Part shown: one piece after another, positions 1 to 9,489 of the stretch
How the letters are laid out: every line of letters begins with the position of its first letter
How positions within the stretch are numbered: position 1 is the stretch's first letter
Source: Nitrospirota bacterium
GTDB taxonomy: Bacteria; Nitrospirota; Thermodesulfovibrionia; Thermodesulfovibrionales; SM23-35
Assembly (NCBI GenBank): GCA_013388455.1
Contig: JACAFF010000003.1
Coordinates: 13,675 to 77,674, forward strand
Direction: 5' to 3'
DNA length: 64,000 nt
The notes under the pieces: generated by a model
Seen by the model: the letters and a program-made list of their open reading frames with translations, nothing else
Databases searched by the model: none
Told to the model about the DNA's origin: nothing
Program-made: the position numbers and the translations under genes

Positions 1-453
1 GTCAGGCTTCATGAGATAAATGCCCTCAATGGAGTGTTCAAAGATGGAACGATACATATCCTTTTCTTTCTTTATTTTTTGCACTTTTATTGCATTAGAA
101 AGAGTCTTAAACAGCACTTCAAGGTTGAATGGTTTTAATATATAATCAAAAGCCCCTGCTTTCATAGTCTCAATAGCATTATGAATTCTTTCCTGTTTTG
201 TAATTATAATGCAGCTAATATAAGGGTCTATGGCCATAACCTGATTTATGAAGGTCATATAATCAAATTCTGGGGTATCAATATCAATTAAAAGAATATT
301 AAAAGATTTATTCTCTAATATATTCAGTATCTCCATACTTGATGTGAAACCTACGTTAAAATATCCTGATTCCGTTAAAATTCCACTTAAGGATGACATA
401 TAATTAAGATTATCACTTAAAATAATAATTTCACCTCTTTGTGTTTTTACCAT
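1..453 (-). CDS. Receiver (REC) domain plus beginning of a PAS domain; partial, 3' end outside window
   Basis: Own minus-strand translation from ATG 453..451: MVKTQRGEIIILSDNLNYMSS...NILLIDIDTPEFDYMTF...MKAGAFDYILKPF...YRSIFEHSIEGIYLMKPD. Layout and motifs parallel the N-terminus of the 1200..2627 product. Absent from the ORF track because it is open at position 1. Confidence 0.7.
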   Translation of the reverse strand, partial: MVKTQRGEIIILSDNLNYMSSLSGILTESGYFNVGFTSSMEILNILENKSFNILLIDIDTPEFDYMTFINQVMAIDPYISCIIITKQERIHNAIETMKAGAFDYILKPFNLEVLFKTLSNAIKVQKIKKEKDMYRSIFEHSIEGIYLMKPD

Positions 454-565
454 AGAATAACTCCTGATATTTTTAGAAATCTTATACATTTAATTAAAAG
501 TAACAATTTCAGGAAGGAAAAACTATCGTTAAACTTTGATTTGTTTTTGTAGTATTTTTACTACA

Positions 566-1198
566 TTATTCTACTAATCCTAATTTAACTGCATATCGGA
601 TAACATCTGCAATAGTATTCATTTTCATCTTATAAAGTATTCGAGACTTATAAGTACTAACGGTTTGTATACTCAATGATAATTCCTCTGCTATCTCTTT
701 AGTTGTTTTTCCTGAAGCAAACATACACATGACCTGAAATTCCCTGTCGGATAGTAACTTATGGCATGGCTTTTGTTCATTCTCTTCCAATTCTATAACT
801 AATTTCTCAGCAAGTGAGGCACTGAGGTATTTACCTCCCATTGAAATTCTTCTGATAGCACGAACCAATTCTTCAGGGGCACTTTCTTTTGTAAGATAAC
901 CGGAAGCACCTGCTCGAAGCGCCCTAATAGCATATTGCTCTTCAGGATGAACGCTTAACATTAATACAGGTAGTTTTGGATTTTTACTCTTCAATTTTTT
1001 CAATACATCAAGTCCATTTTTACCAGGCATTGCAATGTCGAGAAGAACAACATCATAAACATTTTCTGAAGCTTTCTTAATCGCTTCAAGACCATCTTTT
1101 GCTTCACCGGCAACAACCATATCAGAAACTTCGGAGATAATTTGTTTCAATCCTTCACGAACTACTGCATGATCATCGGCAATAAGTATTTTAATCAT
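566..1198 (-). CDS. NarL/FixJ-family response regulator (REC + LuxR-type HTH)
   Basis: MIKILIADDH...VVLLDIAMPGKNGL receiver motifs. C-terminal LSDREFQVMCMFASGKTTKEIAEELSLSIQTVSTYKSRILYKM is a LuxR/GerE HTH. Start lies 1 nt after the upstream kinase stop. Confidence 0.9.
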   Translation of the reverse strand: MIKILIADDHAVVREGLKQIISEVSDMVVAGEAKDGLEAIKKASENVYDVVLLDIAMPGKNGLDVLKKLKSKNPKLPVLMLSVHPEEQYAIRALRAGASGYLTKESAPEELVRAIRRISMGGKYLSASLAEKLVIELEENEQKPCHKLLSDREFQVMCMFASGKTTKEIAEELSLSIQTVSTYKSRILYKMKMNTIADVIRYAVKLGLVE

Positions 1199-1199
1199 T

Positions 1200-2627
1200 T
1201 TATATCTCTGTTAATGGAATATTAATATAAATGGTTGTCCCTAAATTTGGGATACCCTTGATTTTTACTTCTCCCCTAAGAAGATGAACACGCTCCCTTA
1301 TTCCTGTAAGTCCAAAAGATTTTGGATTAGAAATCTGTTCCTCGGTTATACCGATACCATTATCCGTGATTTTTATAATGATTTTATTTTCCACCTCTGT
1401 CATATTTATACTTAATTTCGTAGCACGTGCATGACGTGCTACATTTGTTAATGCTTCCTGAACAATCCGATAGATAGCTATTGAAATATCATGGTCTAAT
1501 GTTGAATCGTTCGTATCCAAAAAAAGCTCGCATTTTATTCCCGTCCTATTTTGAAAGTCAGCAGAATACCATTCAATTGCTGATGAAAGGCCAAGATCAT
1601 CAAGAATTCCAGGCCTTATCTCCGATGAAATTTTTTGTATTGTTTTTATAGCAGTATCAATCAATTCACACATAAATCTCGTTTTTGAAACGAGATTCTT
1701 ATTGTCTTTTGGCATCTTGCAGTTTAACCAGAATAAATCTATCTTAAGTGCGGTCAAAATCTGACCCAATTCATCATGAATCTCTCGAGCAATATACTTT
1801 CGTTCCTCTTCAATAGCAGTCTGTAAATGTATAGAAAGATTTCTTAATTGTTCACGTGAGCATTTTAATTCCTCTTCTACTTCTCGGCGTTTAGTAATAT
1901 CCTCAACAATACCTTCATAATAAAGAAGGTTTCCATTTTTACTATATACTGCATGAGCATTTTCAGAGACCCATATTTTGCTACCATCTTTACGATATAC
2001 TTGTGATTCAAATCCTGTTACAACAGAATTTTTTTCTATTAGTTCTACGAATTCAGAACGACGGTTATGTTCAACATATAATTGTCCTATATCTTTGACA
2101 TTCTCAATCAATTCATCAGGAGAATCATAACCAAGAATAGAAGCTAAGGCAGCATTAGCAGTTATACAACTTCCTTCTGGAGTAGTCTGATAAATTCCAC
2201 CTATTGCATTTTCAAATATAGAACGATATTTACTCTCTGCTACTCTAAGCCTTCTGACCTCAAGTGCACGTGTTAGAATCTGCTTAAGCATCAACATATC
2301 TAATGGTTTCAATACATAATCAAAAGCTCCAGCCTTCATAGCTTTTACAGCGGTTTGAATTGTGCCCTTACCTGTAATAATAATTCCAACAATATATGGG
2401 TCTATCTCAATCGCTGCTTTAAGAAGTTCAATTCCATCCATCTCAGGCATTACAAGGTCTATAAGAAGCAGATCAAAAGTATAATCTTTTAGTAATTCAA
2501 TTGCATCTTTCCCAGATGTAAAGCCTGTCACAACATAACCCCATTTTGAAATAATTTCACATAGTGGTTTTAAAGATTCATTTTCATCATCAACAATCAT
2601 TAAGTTTGCCGGGTTTTTCTTTTCCAT
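1200..2627 (-). CDS. Hybrid REC-PAS-histidine kinase (HisKA_3/NarX-type dimerisation domain + HATPase)
   Basis: N-terminal receiver (LMIVDDE...LLLIDLVMPEMDG...KAGAFDYVLKP). PAS region (YRSIFENAIGGIY). H-box REIHDELGQILTALK typical of HisKA_3. ATPase motifs (EALTNVARHA, DNGIGI, GLTGIRERV). Confidence 0.9.
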   Translation of the reverse strand: MEKKNPANLMIVDDENESLKPLCEIISKWGYVVTGFTSGKDAIELLKDYTFDLLLIDLVMPEMDGIELLKAAIEIDPYIVGIIITGKGTIQTAVKAMKAGAFDYVLKPLDMLMLKQILTRALEVRRLRVAESKYRSIFENAIGGIYQTTPEGSCITANAALASILGYDSPDELIENVKDIGQLYVEHNRRSEFVELIEKNSVVTGFESQVYRKDGSKIWVSENAHAVYSKNGNLLYYEGIVEDITKRREVEEELKCSREQLRNLSIHLQTAIEEERKYIAREIHDELGQILTALKIDLFWLNCKMPKDNKNLVSKTRFMCELIDTAIKTIQKISSEIRPGILDDLGLSSAIEWYSADFQNRTGIKCELFLDTNDSTLDHDISIAIYRIVQEALTNVARHARATKLSINMTEVENKIIIKITDNGIGITEEQISNPKSFGLTGIRERVHLLRGEVKIKGIPNLGTTIYINIPLTEI

Positions 2628-2805
2628 TTATAAATTTATAAATCCTTTCATAGTAAGTAAGAATTCAATGTAACAGAATCATAAAGAATCATGTTTTAAT
2701 CACATATAATTTTTTAACAATAATTATAGCAAATGATTAATTAAATTTAAACATAACTATAAATTATTGCAATTTAGATACCATTTAGATATAAATTTAT
2801 GAAAT

Positions 2806-2997
2806 ATGGTTAAACGACAAATATCAAAAAAAGTTTCAAAGAAAAAACTGAAAGCCCGCCTACCTCTTGAAGCAGCCTTGAAACTTAGAAACCATCCTGT
2901 AGCATCAAAGAAAGGAAAGAAAGGTTATGATAGAACTCGATTGAAAAAACAAAATCGAAAAATATTGCAAGATTGGTGGAAATATGACATTGAATAA
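2806..2997 (+). CDS. Small very basic hypothetical protein (63 aa)
   Basis: ORF only; Lys/Arg-rich with no recognisable motif. Overlaps the longest scpB ORF. Could be non-coding. Confidence 0.3.
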   Translation: MVKRQISKKVSKKKLKARLPLEAALKLRNHPVASKKGKKGYDRTRLKKQNRKILQDWWKYDIE

Positions 2998-3049
2998 GAA
3001 AATAATTGCAAATTTAACTATTTTCTGGTATATTTTAATTGTTTTGATT

Positions 3050-3580
3050 ATGGAAGACAGAGAAGGAAAAGCAGTCATTGAGGCGCTTTTGTTTCTTTCG
3101 GGAGAACCACTTACGCTCTCATCTATTAATGAAGTTATTGAATTGCCACATGCTGAAATAAAGAGGCTACTTGAAGAACTTATTATGGACTATAGAGAGA
3201 AAAGAGGAGGTTTACAGATAGTCGAGATTGCTCAGGGATATCAGATGGTTACCAGTCAGGAATGTTCAGAATGGATTAAAAAGTTTAAGAATATTAATAT
3301 TTCTACCAGATTGTCACTACCTGCTCTTGAAACACTCGCTATTATTGCTTACAAACAGCCTATCATAAGGGCAGAAATTGAACAGATAAGGGGTGTTAAT
3401 TCTGATAGCGCTATACGAACTCTCCATGAGAAAAGGCTAATTAAGATTATGGGGCGCAAAGAAGCACCAGGAAGGCCATTTTTATATGGAACCACAAGAG
3501 AATTTTTACAATACTTCGGACTAAAGGATTTAACAGAATTACCAACGTTGAAAGAAGTAGTCCGAGAAGAAGCAGCTTAA
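3050..3580 (+). CDS. scpB: Segregation and condensation protein B (ScpB)
   Basis: MEDREGKAVIEALLFLSGEPLTL... and LSLPALETLAIIAYKQPIIRAEIEQIRGVNSD...GRPFLYGTT are ScpB winged-helix signatures. I prefer ATG 3050 over ATG 2984 because the extra 22 aa are hydrophobic and non-homologous in appearance. Start is uncertain. Confidence 0.8.
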   Translation: MEDREGKAVIEALLFLSGEPLTLSSINEVIELPHAEIKRLLEELIMDYREKRGGLQIVEIAQGYQMVTSQECSEWIKKFKNINISTRLSLPALETLAIIAYKQPIIRAEIEQIRGVNSDSAIRTLHEKRLIKIMGRKEAPGRPFLYGTTREFLQYFGLKDLTELPTLKEVVREEAA

Positions 3581-3597
3581 TACAAGGAGGTTATAGC

Positions 3598-4692
3598 ATG
3601 AAATGGTTTTTTATTTTATTGACCACTTTTTTGCTATCACTTTTCATTACAGAATATAGCTATGCTGATAAGACTTATGTTATTAAAAAAGGAGATAATC
3701 CTGCAAGAATTGCAAAAAAATTCAATGTTAAAACAGAAGACATTCTAAGAATAAATAACATCGAACCACGGAAACTTAAACCTGGTGTAAAAATAATCAT
3801 ACCTACTAATAGTATCAAAACTGCAAAAAAAATCAGTTTATCCAGTAAACATAAGGAAGAAGATATTCAGAATAAAACTCAAGTTACTAATTATATTGAA
3901 GACGCTCTGTTCCACGTAGTGATAAAAGGTGATACACTTACTTCAATATCAAAAAGATATGGTGTTTCTGTAAATGAATTAAAAAAACTCAATCACTTAA
4001 GTTCTGCGAGATTAAAAATTGGCAAAAAACTTGTTGTAAAAGAAACAAAAACAAAAGTATATACAGTCAGAAAAGGTGATACTATTTATAAGATTGCAAA
4101 AAGATTTAAGGTTAATATCGATGAATTAAAGGATATAAACAATTTTGAAACAGATTTGCTGAAACCAGGGCAGAAAATATTGCTCGAGCAGGAAAAAGCA
4201 ACTGATTTACCCAAAAAGTATGATACAATCATTTCTCAAGCAGAAACAGATGATGAAATACATTTATCAGAAATATCTGAAGATATTGGCATAAAAGAAC
4301 GTCTTATGCTTTTTGCAAAAAAAATGCTGGATATACCATACAGGTTTGGCGGTAATAGTATCCTTGGTATCGATTGCTCAGCTTATGTTAAGAAGGTATA
4401 TAGTCTGATTGGCATAGATCTTCCACGTTCTGCAAGAGAACAGTTTACAAAAGGAGAGCCTGTTGATAAAGAAGACCTTTCTATTGGCGATCTTGTTTTC
4501 TTCAGAACATATGCTTCATTCCCTTCACATGTAGGAATTTATCTTGGAAACAATTTATTTATTCATGCTTCCTCAAAAAAGAAGAAGGTAACAATAGATA
4601 GTATTGATGCACCCTATTATTTAAAGAGATTCATTGGGGCAAAAAGAGTTATTGATAAAGTTGATGATGAAAAACCAAATAATGATGGATAA
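3598..4692 (+). CDS. Secreted peptidoglycan hydrolase: 3x LysM + C-terminal NlpC/P60 endopeptidase
   Basis: Signal peptide. Three repeats of the Y.V.KGDT...IAK.F.V....L...N type (LysM). C-terminal YRFGGNSILGIDCSAYV...GDLVFF......HVGIYLG gives the NlpC/P60 Cys-His core. SD AAGGAGG lies upstream. Confidence 0.9.
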   Translation: MKWFFILLTTFLLSLFITEYSYADKTYVIKKGDNPARIAKKFNVKTEDILRINNIEPRKLKPGVKIIIPTNSIKTAKKISLSSKHKEEDIQNKTQVTNYIEDALFHVVIKGDTLTSISKRYGVSVNELKKLNHLSSARLKIGKKLVVKETKTKVYTVRKGDTIYKIAKRFKVNIDELKDINNFETDLLKPGQKILLEQEKATDLPKKYDTIISQAETDDEIHLSEISEDIGIKERLMLFAKKMLDIPYRFGGNSILGIDCSAYVKKVYSLIGIDLPRSAREQFTKGEPVDKEDLSIGDLVFFRTYASFPSHVGIYLGNNLFIHASSKKKKVTIDSIDAPYYLKRFIGAKRVIDKVDDEKPNNDG

Positions 4693-4699
4693 TTAATAT

Positions 4700-6673
4700 T
4701 CAAGACTCAAAGATAATTTTACCCATGTCCGAAATATCATATCCTCCAAGACTGAGCACCATATTTCTGAATTCAGCGTCTTCTTGTATAATTTTTATTA
4801 GACGCTGAAGCATTTCTGTCTCATAAAATTCTGCAGGAATTACAATATCATATCGCTCTTTTGCAACAGGTATGAATTCAAGATTGAGTGCCCTTGCAGA
4901 AGCAAGAATTGCCAGCCCTGTATCTGCAACCCCTGTTAATACTGCTGAAGCAACACCCATATGTGTATACTCTTCATGTTCATAACCATTAACATCTCTG
5001 GGGTTAATAGATAGCTCTTTAAGACATTTGTCTGTTAGTAGTCTTGTCCCTGAACCAGCCTGTCTATTAATGAAAACAACATCATTTCTTATAAGATCAT
5101 GAAAACCTTTTATATTCTTAGGATTTCCTTTTAGAACAAGAAGGCCTTGCTCTCTGTAAACAAGATTTACAAGAACAATTTTCATATCTTTTAAAAGTTT
5201 TTTGATAAAAGGAACATTATACTCTCCAGTTTCTTCGTCAAGCAAATGTGTTCCTGCAATATGTGCCTCCTTTCTCTTCAATGCAATTAATCCGCCCATT
5301 GAACCGACATGAGCTGATGATAGTGAAAATCTTGGATACCTTTTCTTGAGTGTATTTGCAAGAATATCAAGTGTATTGTCATGACTTCCTATACAAACAA
5401 TTGTATTTTCGATATCTTCTCTTGATCTCATCAGTTCAACTCTAATTTCTGTCCCTGCCCCTATACCCTCTGACATTGCAGGTATTTGAACAAAACCATC
5501 AGCACGAACGAGTGACATCAGGACTCCAGCCCCACGACTTATAGGAGTTGCAATAAATTGATTACCAACCTTTCCAACTTTTACCCTGACAAATTCCTCA
5601 TTCCCAAGAGTTGATGCAATCTGACGTGATAATTTTGCATTAAGGATTTCAGGCTTTTGCATTTCAAGTCCCTGCAGTTTATATATAAGTGGTTTAGCAA
5701 ATAGATTAAAAGTTATGTATGTAGATACAGGATATCCAGGAATACCGAGAACAGGCTTTCCTTTTATTAATCCTAAAATAACTGGCTTTCCAGGTTTTAT
5801 GCTTACACCATGCAAAATTATCTCTCCGAGTTCTTTTATAGCTTGCGCAGTAAAATCTTCTGATCCTGATGATGAACCTGCATTCACAACAACAAAATCG
5901 CATATATCGATCGAATTAACAAGAGCTTCTTTTAGTTCTTCGAGCCTGTCAGGAACAATTTGATGTCTAATTGGTTCACCTCCCCATTCAGAAACAAGGC
6001 CACTGAGTATTCTTGAATTGAATTCAATTATATCGCCCTTTTTCAAATCTTTTCCTGTCTCAACAAGTTCTGTCCCAGTCGGAATAATAACAACCTTTGG
6101 TTTTGTTCTTACCTTTATTTCTACATGCCCGCCGGCAAGCATTGCACCTATATCAATAGGTCTTATCTTTTGATTCTCAGGAAGTATCAATTCTGTCTCT
6201 ATTATATCTTCACCGATAACCCTTATATGCTGCCATGGAGTTGCTGGTGAAATTATCTCTATGAATTCAGGCGGATTTTTTTCATTTAACTTTTGATTGT
6301 TGTATCCTGAATCCTGATTTCTGATAATATTTACATCTTCAATCATGATAACTGCATTAAAACCATCAGGAAGCGGGTCACCTGTATCAACATAAACAGC
6401 TTCTTCGCCAATCTTAAGACGTTTTGGTTTACGCTCAGTAGCACCAAAGGTATCAGTAAATCGAACAGCATAGCCGTCCATTGCAGAAGAATGGTAGAAA
6501 GGTGCAGATATTTTTGCATTTATGGCTTCAGATGTAACTCTTCCGAGTGATTCAATAACCTTTATAACTTCTTCTTTACGAGTCTTTAAAATACTTGCTT
6601 CTTCAATTTTCGAAAGCCATAATGAAAGTGCTTCATGTAAAGGTGTGCTTTCAAGATATATCTTTTTTGACAT
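4700..6673 (-). CDS. moeA: Molybdopterin molybdotransferase MoeA fused to a C-terminal periplasmic-binding-protein-like domain
   Basis: SAMDGYAV, VDTGDPLP and GIPGYPVSTYITF are MoeA motifs. About 230 extra C-terminal residues (IGSHDNTLDILA...NRQAGSGTRLL) look like a PBP-like oxyanion-binding domain. Confidence 0.85.
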   Translation of the reverse strand: MSKKIYLESTPLHEALSLWLSKIEEASILKTRKEEVIKVIESLGRVTSEAINAKISAPFYHSSAMDGYAVRFTDTFGATERKPKRLKIGEEAVYVDTGDPLPDGFNAVIMIEDVNIIRNQDSGYNNQKLNEKNPPEFIEIISPATPWQHIRVIGEDIIETELILPENQKIRPIDIGAMLAGGHVEIKVRTKPKVVIIPTGTELVETGKDLKKGDIIEFNSRILSGLVSEWGGEPIRHQIVPDRLEELKEALVNSIDICDFVVVNAGSSSGSEDFTAQAIKELGEIILHGVSIKPGKPVILGLIKGKPVLGIPGYPVSTYITFNLFAKPLIYKLQGLEMQKPEILNAKLSRQIASTLGNEEFVRVKVGKVGNQFIATPISRGAGVLMSLVRADGFVQIPAMSEGIGAGTEIRVELMRSREDIENTIVCIGSHDNTLDILANTLKKRYPRFSLSSAHVGSMGGLIALKRKEAHIAGTHLLDEETGEYNVPFIKKLLKDMKIVLVNLVYREQGLLVLKGNPKNIKGFHDLIRNDVVFINRQAGSGTRLLTDKCLKELSINPRDVNGYEHEEYTHMGVASAVLTGVADTGLAILASARALNLEFIPVAKERYDIVIPAEFYETEMLQRLIKIIQEDAEFRNMVLSLGGYDISDMGKIIFES

Positions 6674-7023
6674 TATTGTTTCTCAAGTAATTTTTTAATC
6701 ATTGACTTTAATTCATTCAAATCCGATGATTTTACTATATATGCTTCAGAAGCCCATACAGCAAAATCGTCTCTGTAATCATATGCGGTTGACATTATAA
6801 TAGGGACTTTAGGTTTCTTTTCTTTCATCTGCCGCAAAAGACGTATACCGTCTATATCTGGCAACAAGATATCGAGTGTAACAATATCGGGGGACTCTGT
6901 ATCAAACTTTTCCAGAGCCTCCTGTCCATTTGATGCAACAACAACATCATAGCCCTCGTCCTCAAATTCCTCTTTATAAAGTCTCTGGATATGCAGGTCG
7001 TCGTCAACTACAAGTATTTTCAT
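6673..7023 (-). CDS. Single-domain CheY-like response regulator
   Basis: MKILVVDDD...IVTLDILLPDIDG...PIIMSTA...YIVKS receiver motifs. 116 aa with no output domain. Confidence 0.9.
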   Translation of the reverse strand: MKILVVDDDLHIQRLYKEEFEDEGYDVVVASNGQEALEKFDTESPDIVTLDILLPDIDGIRLLRQMKEKKPKVPIIMSTAYDYRDDFAVWASEAYIVKSSDLNELKSMIKKLLEKQ

Positions 7024-7038
7024 CTTTTCCTCCTTTTT

Positions 7039-9489
7039 CTAAAACTTTTTTTCGCAATATTCAGCTAAAGGGATGAAAACTCTGAAGGTGCTGCCTTTTC
7101 CAAGGTTACTTTCTACATTTATAGTGCCACCATGCTCTTCGACTATTCTGTTTGTAATCGCAAGACCAAGTCCTGTACCGCTCTCTTTTGTTGTAAAAAA
7201 TGGATCAAAAATGAAAGGCATATTTTCTTCGCTTATTCCTGTGCCAGTATCGTTTATTTCGAAAACACATAATCCATTTTTTGTATATGTCTTTACAAAA
7301 ATTGAGCTATCTGCACTTACAGCTTGAACTGCATTCTTTAAAATATTCAGCAACGCTTCCTTAAACCTGTTTGGATCAACAAAAACTTCAGCCGACTGTT
7401 CATAATTACGCACAATGTTAATATGCTTTTCATCTATCTCAGACTGTATAACAGACAGAGCATCATCCATAAGTTTCTGTGAATTGATTGTTTCCTTTGA
7501 AATTCTTACCTCTTTTACAAAACTGAGAATCTCGTTAAGTATGCCCTCAAGTCGTAAAACTTCTTTTGCTATAATGTCAGCATAATCCTTTAGATTTCCA
7601 TCAAGATTTTTTGTAAGTCTTCGTGCGAAACCACCTAATGAGATTAGAGGATTTCTGATTTCATGGGCTACCCTTGCTGCTACTTCTCCGAGGGCAGCCA
7701 TCCTCTGAGTTTTAACAAGCTTTTCTCGTAGAATTTTCATTTCTGTTACATCTCTAACAACATTTACCGTCCCTATAAATTGCCCTGACATATCAAATAT
7801 AGGTGAACTTGATGTAATAAATGTTCCTCCAAGATATTCATCTTCAATTTCGTTTACCGAAGCCTTTCCTGTTTCAACTGTCTTTTGATGTGGACAATTT
7901 ATCCAGGGCTCATTCGAACCATGAAATATCTCATAACATTTCCTACCGATTATTTCCTCTGATGATTTTCCTAATTTCTTGCTCACTGCTTTATTTATAC
8001 TCTTTATTACATAATCAGAATTTACGAAATAGACCATATCTGAAATGGATTCAAAAATATTCTCAAGCTCCTGTTCTGTTAACCGCACCTGTTCAAAAAG
8101 CCGTGCGTTCTCAATAGCTGCTGCAACGTGGTTCGAAAAAGCATTTAAAAATCTCATGTCTTCTTCAAGAATAGGCTTATTATTGAAATAATTATCTACC
8201 CATAGCACTCCGATTACTTTATCTCGTGATATAAGAGGAACAGTAGCGTATGCCTGTGTTCCTAACTTCTGAATAAGGACAGCATCGGATAAAGGTTCCT
8301 CATTAACATTTTTAACATTAAAACTGCTCTTTTCTTTTACTGCCATGGTTAAAATTGTTTGTTCTGATAATGGTATTTCTATACTGCTGCTGAGTTTGTC
8401 AAAGTTAGAATCTTTTCTTGAAGGTCCAACTTCAATCTCATGCATGATATCAGATAAAGTCTTCTTTTCTATAGAAAGACTTTCCCATATCTGTCCTGCT
8501 TCGGCAGGATTTGTAGGTCCTACACCCATTGCTCCTTTCAGCAAATTCCTTTTATCATCAACAAGAAAGAGTATTGCACGATTAAAGCCGAGTCCGTCTC
8601 CCATTGTCACGGCAGTAAGAACCATCCTGAGCAATTTTTCCAGTTCAAGCGTTCCTCTCATTGCAGAACTGATAAAGAAGAGCCTTGATAGCTCCTGATT
8701 TCTACGTATTAATTCATTTTCAACTTCTTTCAGTTCTGATATATCTCTGGAAATTCCACTGATACCAATAACTTCTCCTGCTGCATTTTTAATGGGAGAA
8801 AGAGTCAAACTTACGGTTATAATCGTTCCGTCTTTACGCTTTCTGAATGTCTCAATTCTCTTGATTACTTCACCATTCCTAATCCTTTTGTTGTTCTCCC
8901 ATTCAGGATCAATAAGGAAATCAGGAACAAAAGGTAAAAATTTACCCACCGCTTCTTCTTTTGTAAAACCATAAATCTTATCCGCACCCTTATTCCACGA
9001 AGTTATAATTCCATTCAAATCGGAAGTTACAATCGCATCTGCTGAATTTTCGATAATGCCCTCTATGTATTCTTTTGTTTGTGTGACTTCATTGTAAAGT
9101 CTAAGAATTTCGTCATGACAGAGCATTTTATCAGTAATATCCTGAATAAAAACAACACTCTCAAAAACTTTGCCATTTTCATCTGTTATTGGATATGCTG
9201 AAAGCTCGGCATAATAAGTATTTTCTCCTCGGTTGAGCTTCTGAGTAACAATATTAACTCTTTCTGTTTCGAATGTTACTGTAGCAACACAATGCGGGCA
9301 TAGGCAGCAATTCTCATGAAATACATCAATACAGCTTTTCCCAATGATTTCAGAAGAAGGTTTTCCTATCCACTTCTCAACAGATTTATTCGCTGCAATG
9401 ATTAAGTAATTTCTATCAAGAATCACAATCCCGTCACGGATGTGTTCAAAAATGACTTCTGCCAATTTCTGCCTATATGTAATATCCAT
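7039..9489 (-). CDS. Sensor histidine kinase, PAS-PAS-GAF-PAS-HisKA-HATPase, cytoplasmic
   Basis: H-box VAHEIRNPL. ATPase motifs NILKNAVQA, DTGTGI, GTGLGLAI. Central GAF-like region. Three PAS-like segments, two of them with Cys-rich motifs. No TM helix is evident. Confidence 0.9.
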   Translation of the reverse strand: MDITYRQKLAEVIFEHIRDGIVILDRNYLIIAANKSVEKWIGKPSSEIIGKSCIDVFHENCCLCPHCVATVTFETERVNIVTQKLNRGENTYYAELSAYPITDENGKVFESVVFIQDITDKMLCHDEILRLYNEVTQTKEYIEGIIENSADAIVTSDLNGIITSWNKGADKIYGFTKEEAVGKFLPFVPDFLIDPEWENNKRIRNGEVIKRIETFRKRKDGTIITVSLTLSPIKNAAGEVIGISGISRDISELKEVENELIRRNQELSRLFFISSAMRGTLELEKLLRMVLTAVTMGDGLGFNRAILFLVDDKRNLLKGAMGVGPTNPAEAGQIWESLSIEKKTLSDIMHEIEVGPSRKDSNFDKLSSSIEIPLSEQTILTMAVKEKSSFNVKNVNEEPLSDAVLIQKLGTQAYATVPLISRDKVIGVLWVDNYFNNKPILEEDMRFLNAFSNHVAAAIENARLFEQVRLTEQELENIFESISDMVYFVNSDYVIKSINKAVSKKLGKSSEEIIGRKCYEIFHGSNEPWINCPHQKTVETGKASVNEIEDEYLGGTFITSSSPIFDMSGQFIGTVNVVRDVTEMKILREKLVKTQRMAALGEVAARVAHEIRNPLISLGGFARRLTKNLDGNLKDYADIIAKEVLRLEGILNEILSFVKEVRISKETINSQKLMDDALSVIQSEIDEKHINIVRNYEQSAEVFVDPNRFKEALLNILKNAVQAVSADSSIFVKTYTKNGLCVFEINDTGTGISEENMPFIFDPFFTTKESGTGLGLAITNRIVEEHGGTINVESNLGKGSTFRVFIPLAEYCEKKF

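Noticed and set aside
2984-3049. The longer scpB start (ATG 2984), giving 22 extra hydrophobic residues.
   Set aside because: The ScpB N-terminus normally begins just before the EA.LF..G.P block. The extension looks like a translated AT-rich spacer. It is kept as an alternative because GGTGGA precedes ATG 2984.
5706-5963. ORFs 5706..5903(-) and 5715..5963(+) inside moeA. Similar nested or antisense ORFs lie inside the kinase (7073, 7821, 8345, 8792, 9442), moaA (17552..17992), glgP (35014..35529, 35883, 36333), tkt/tal, bioA (40320..40721, 40718, 41383), pheT, pheS, thrS, the NHL genes and the barrel gene.
   Set aside because: Each overlaps a longer ORF with clear family motifs. They have no SD and implausible composition, so I treat them as spurious.
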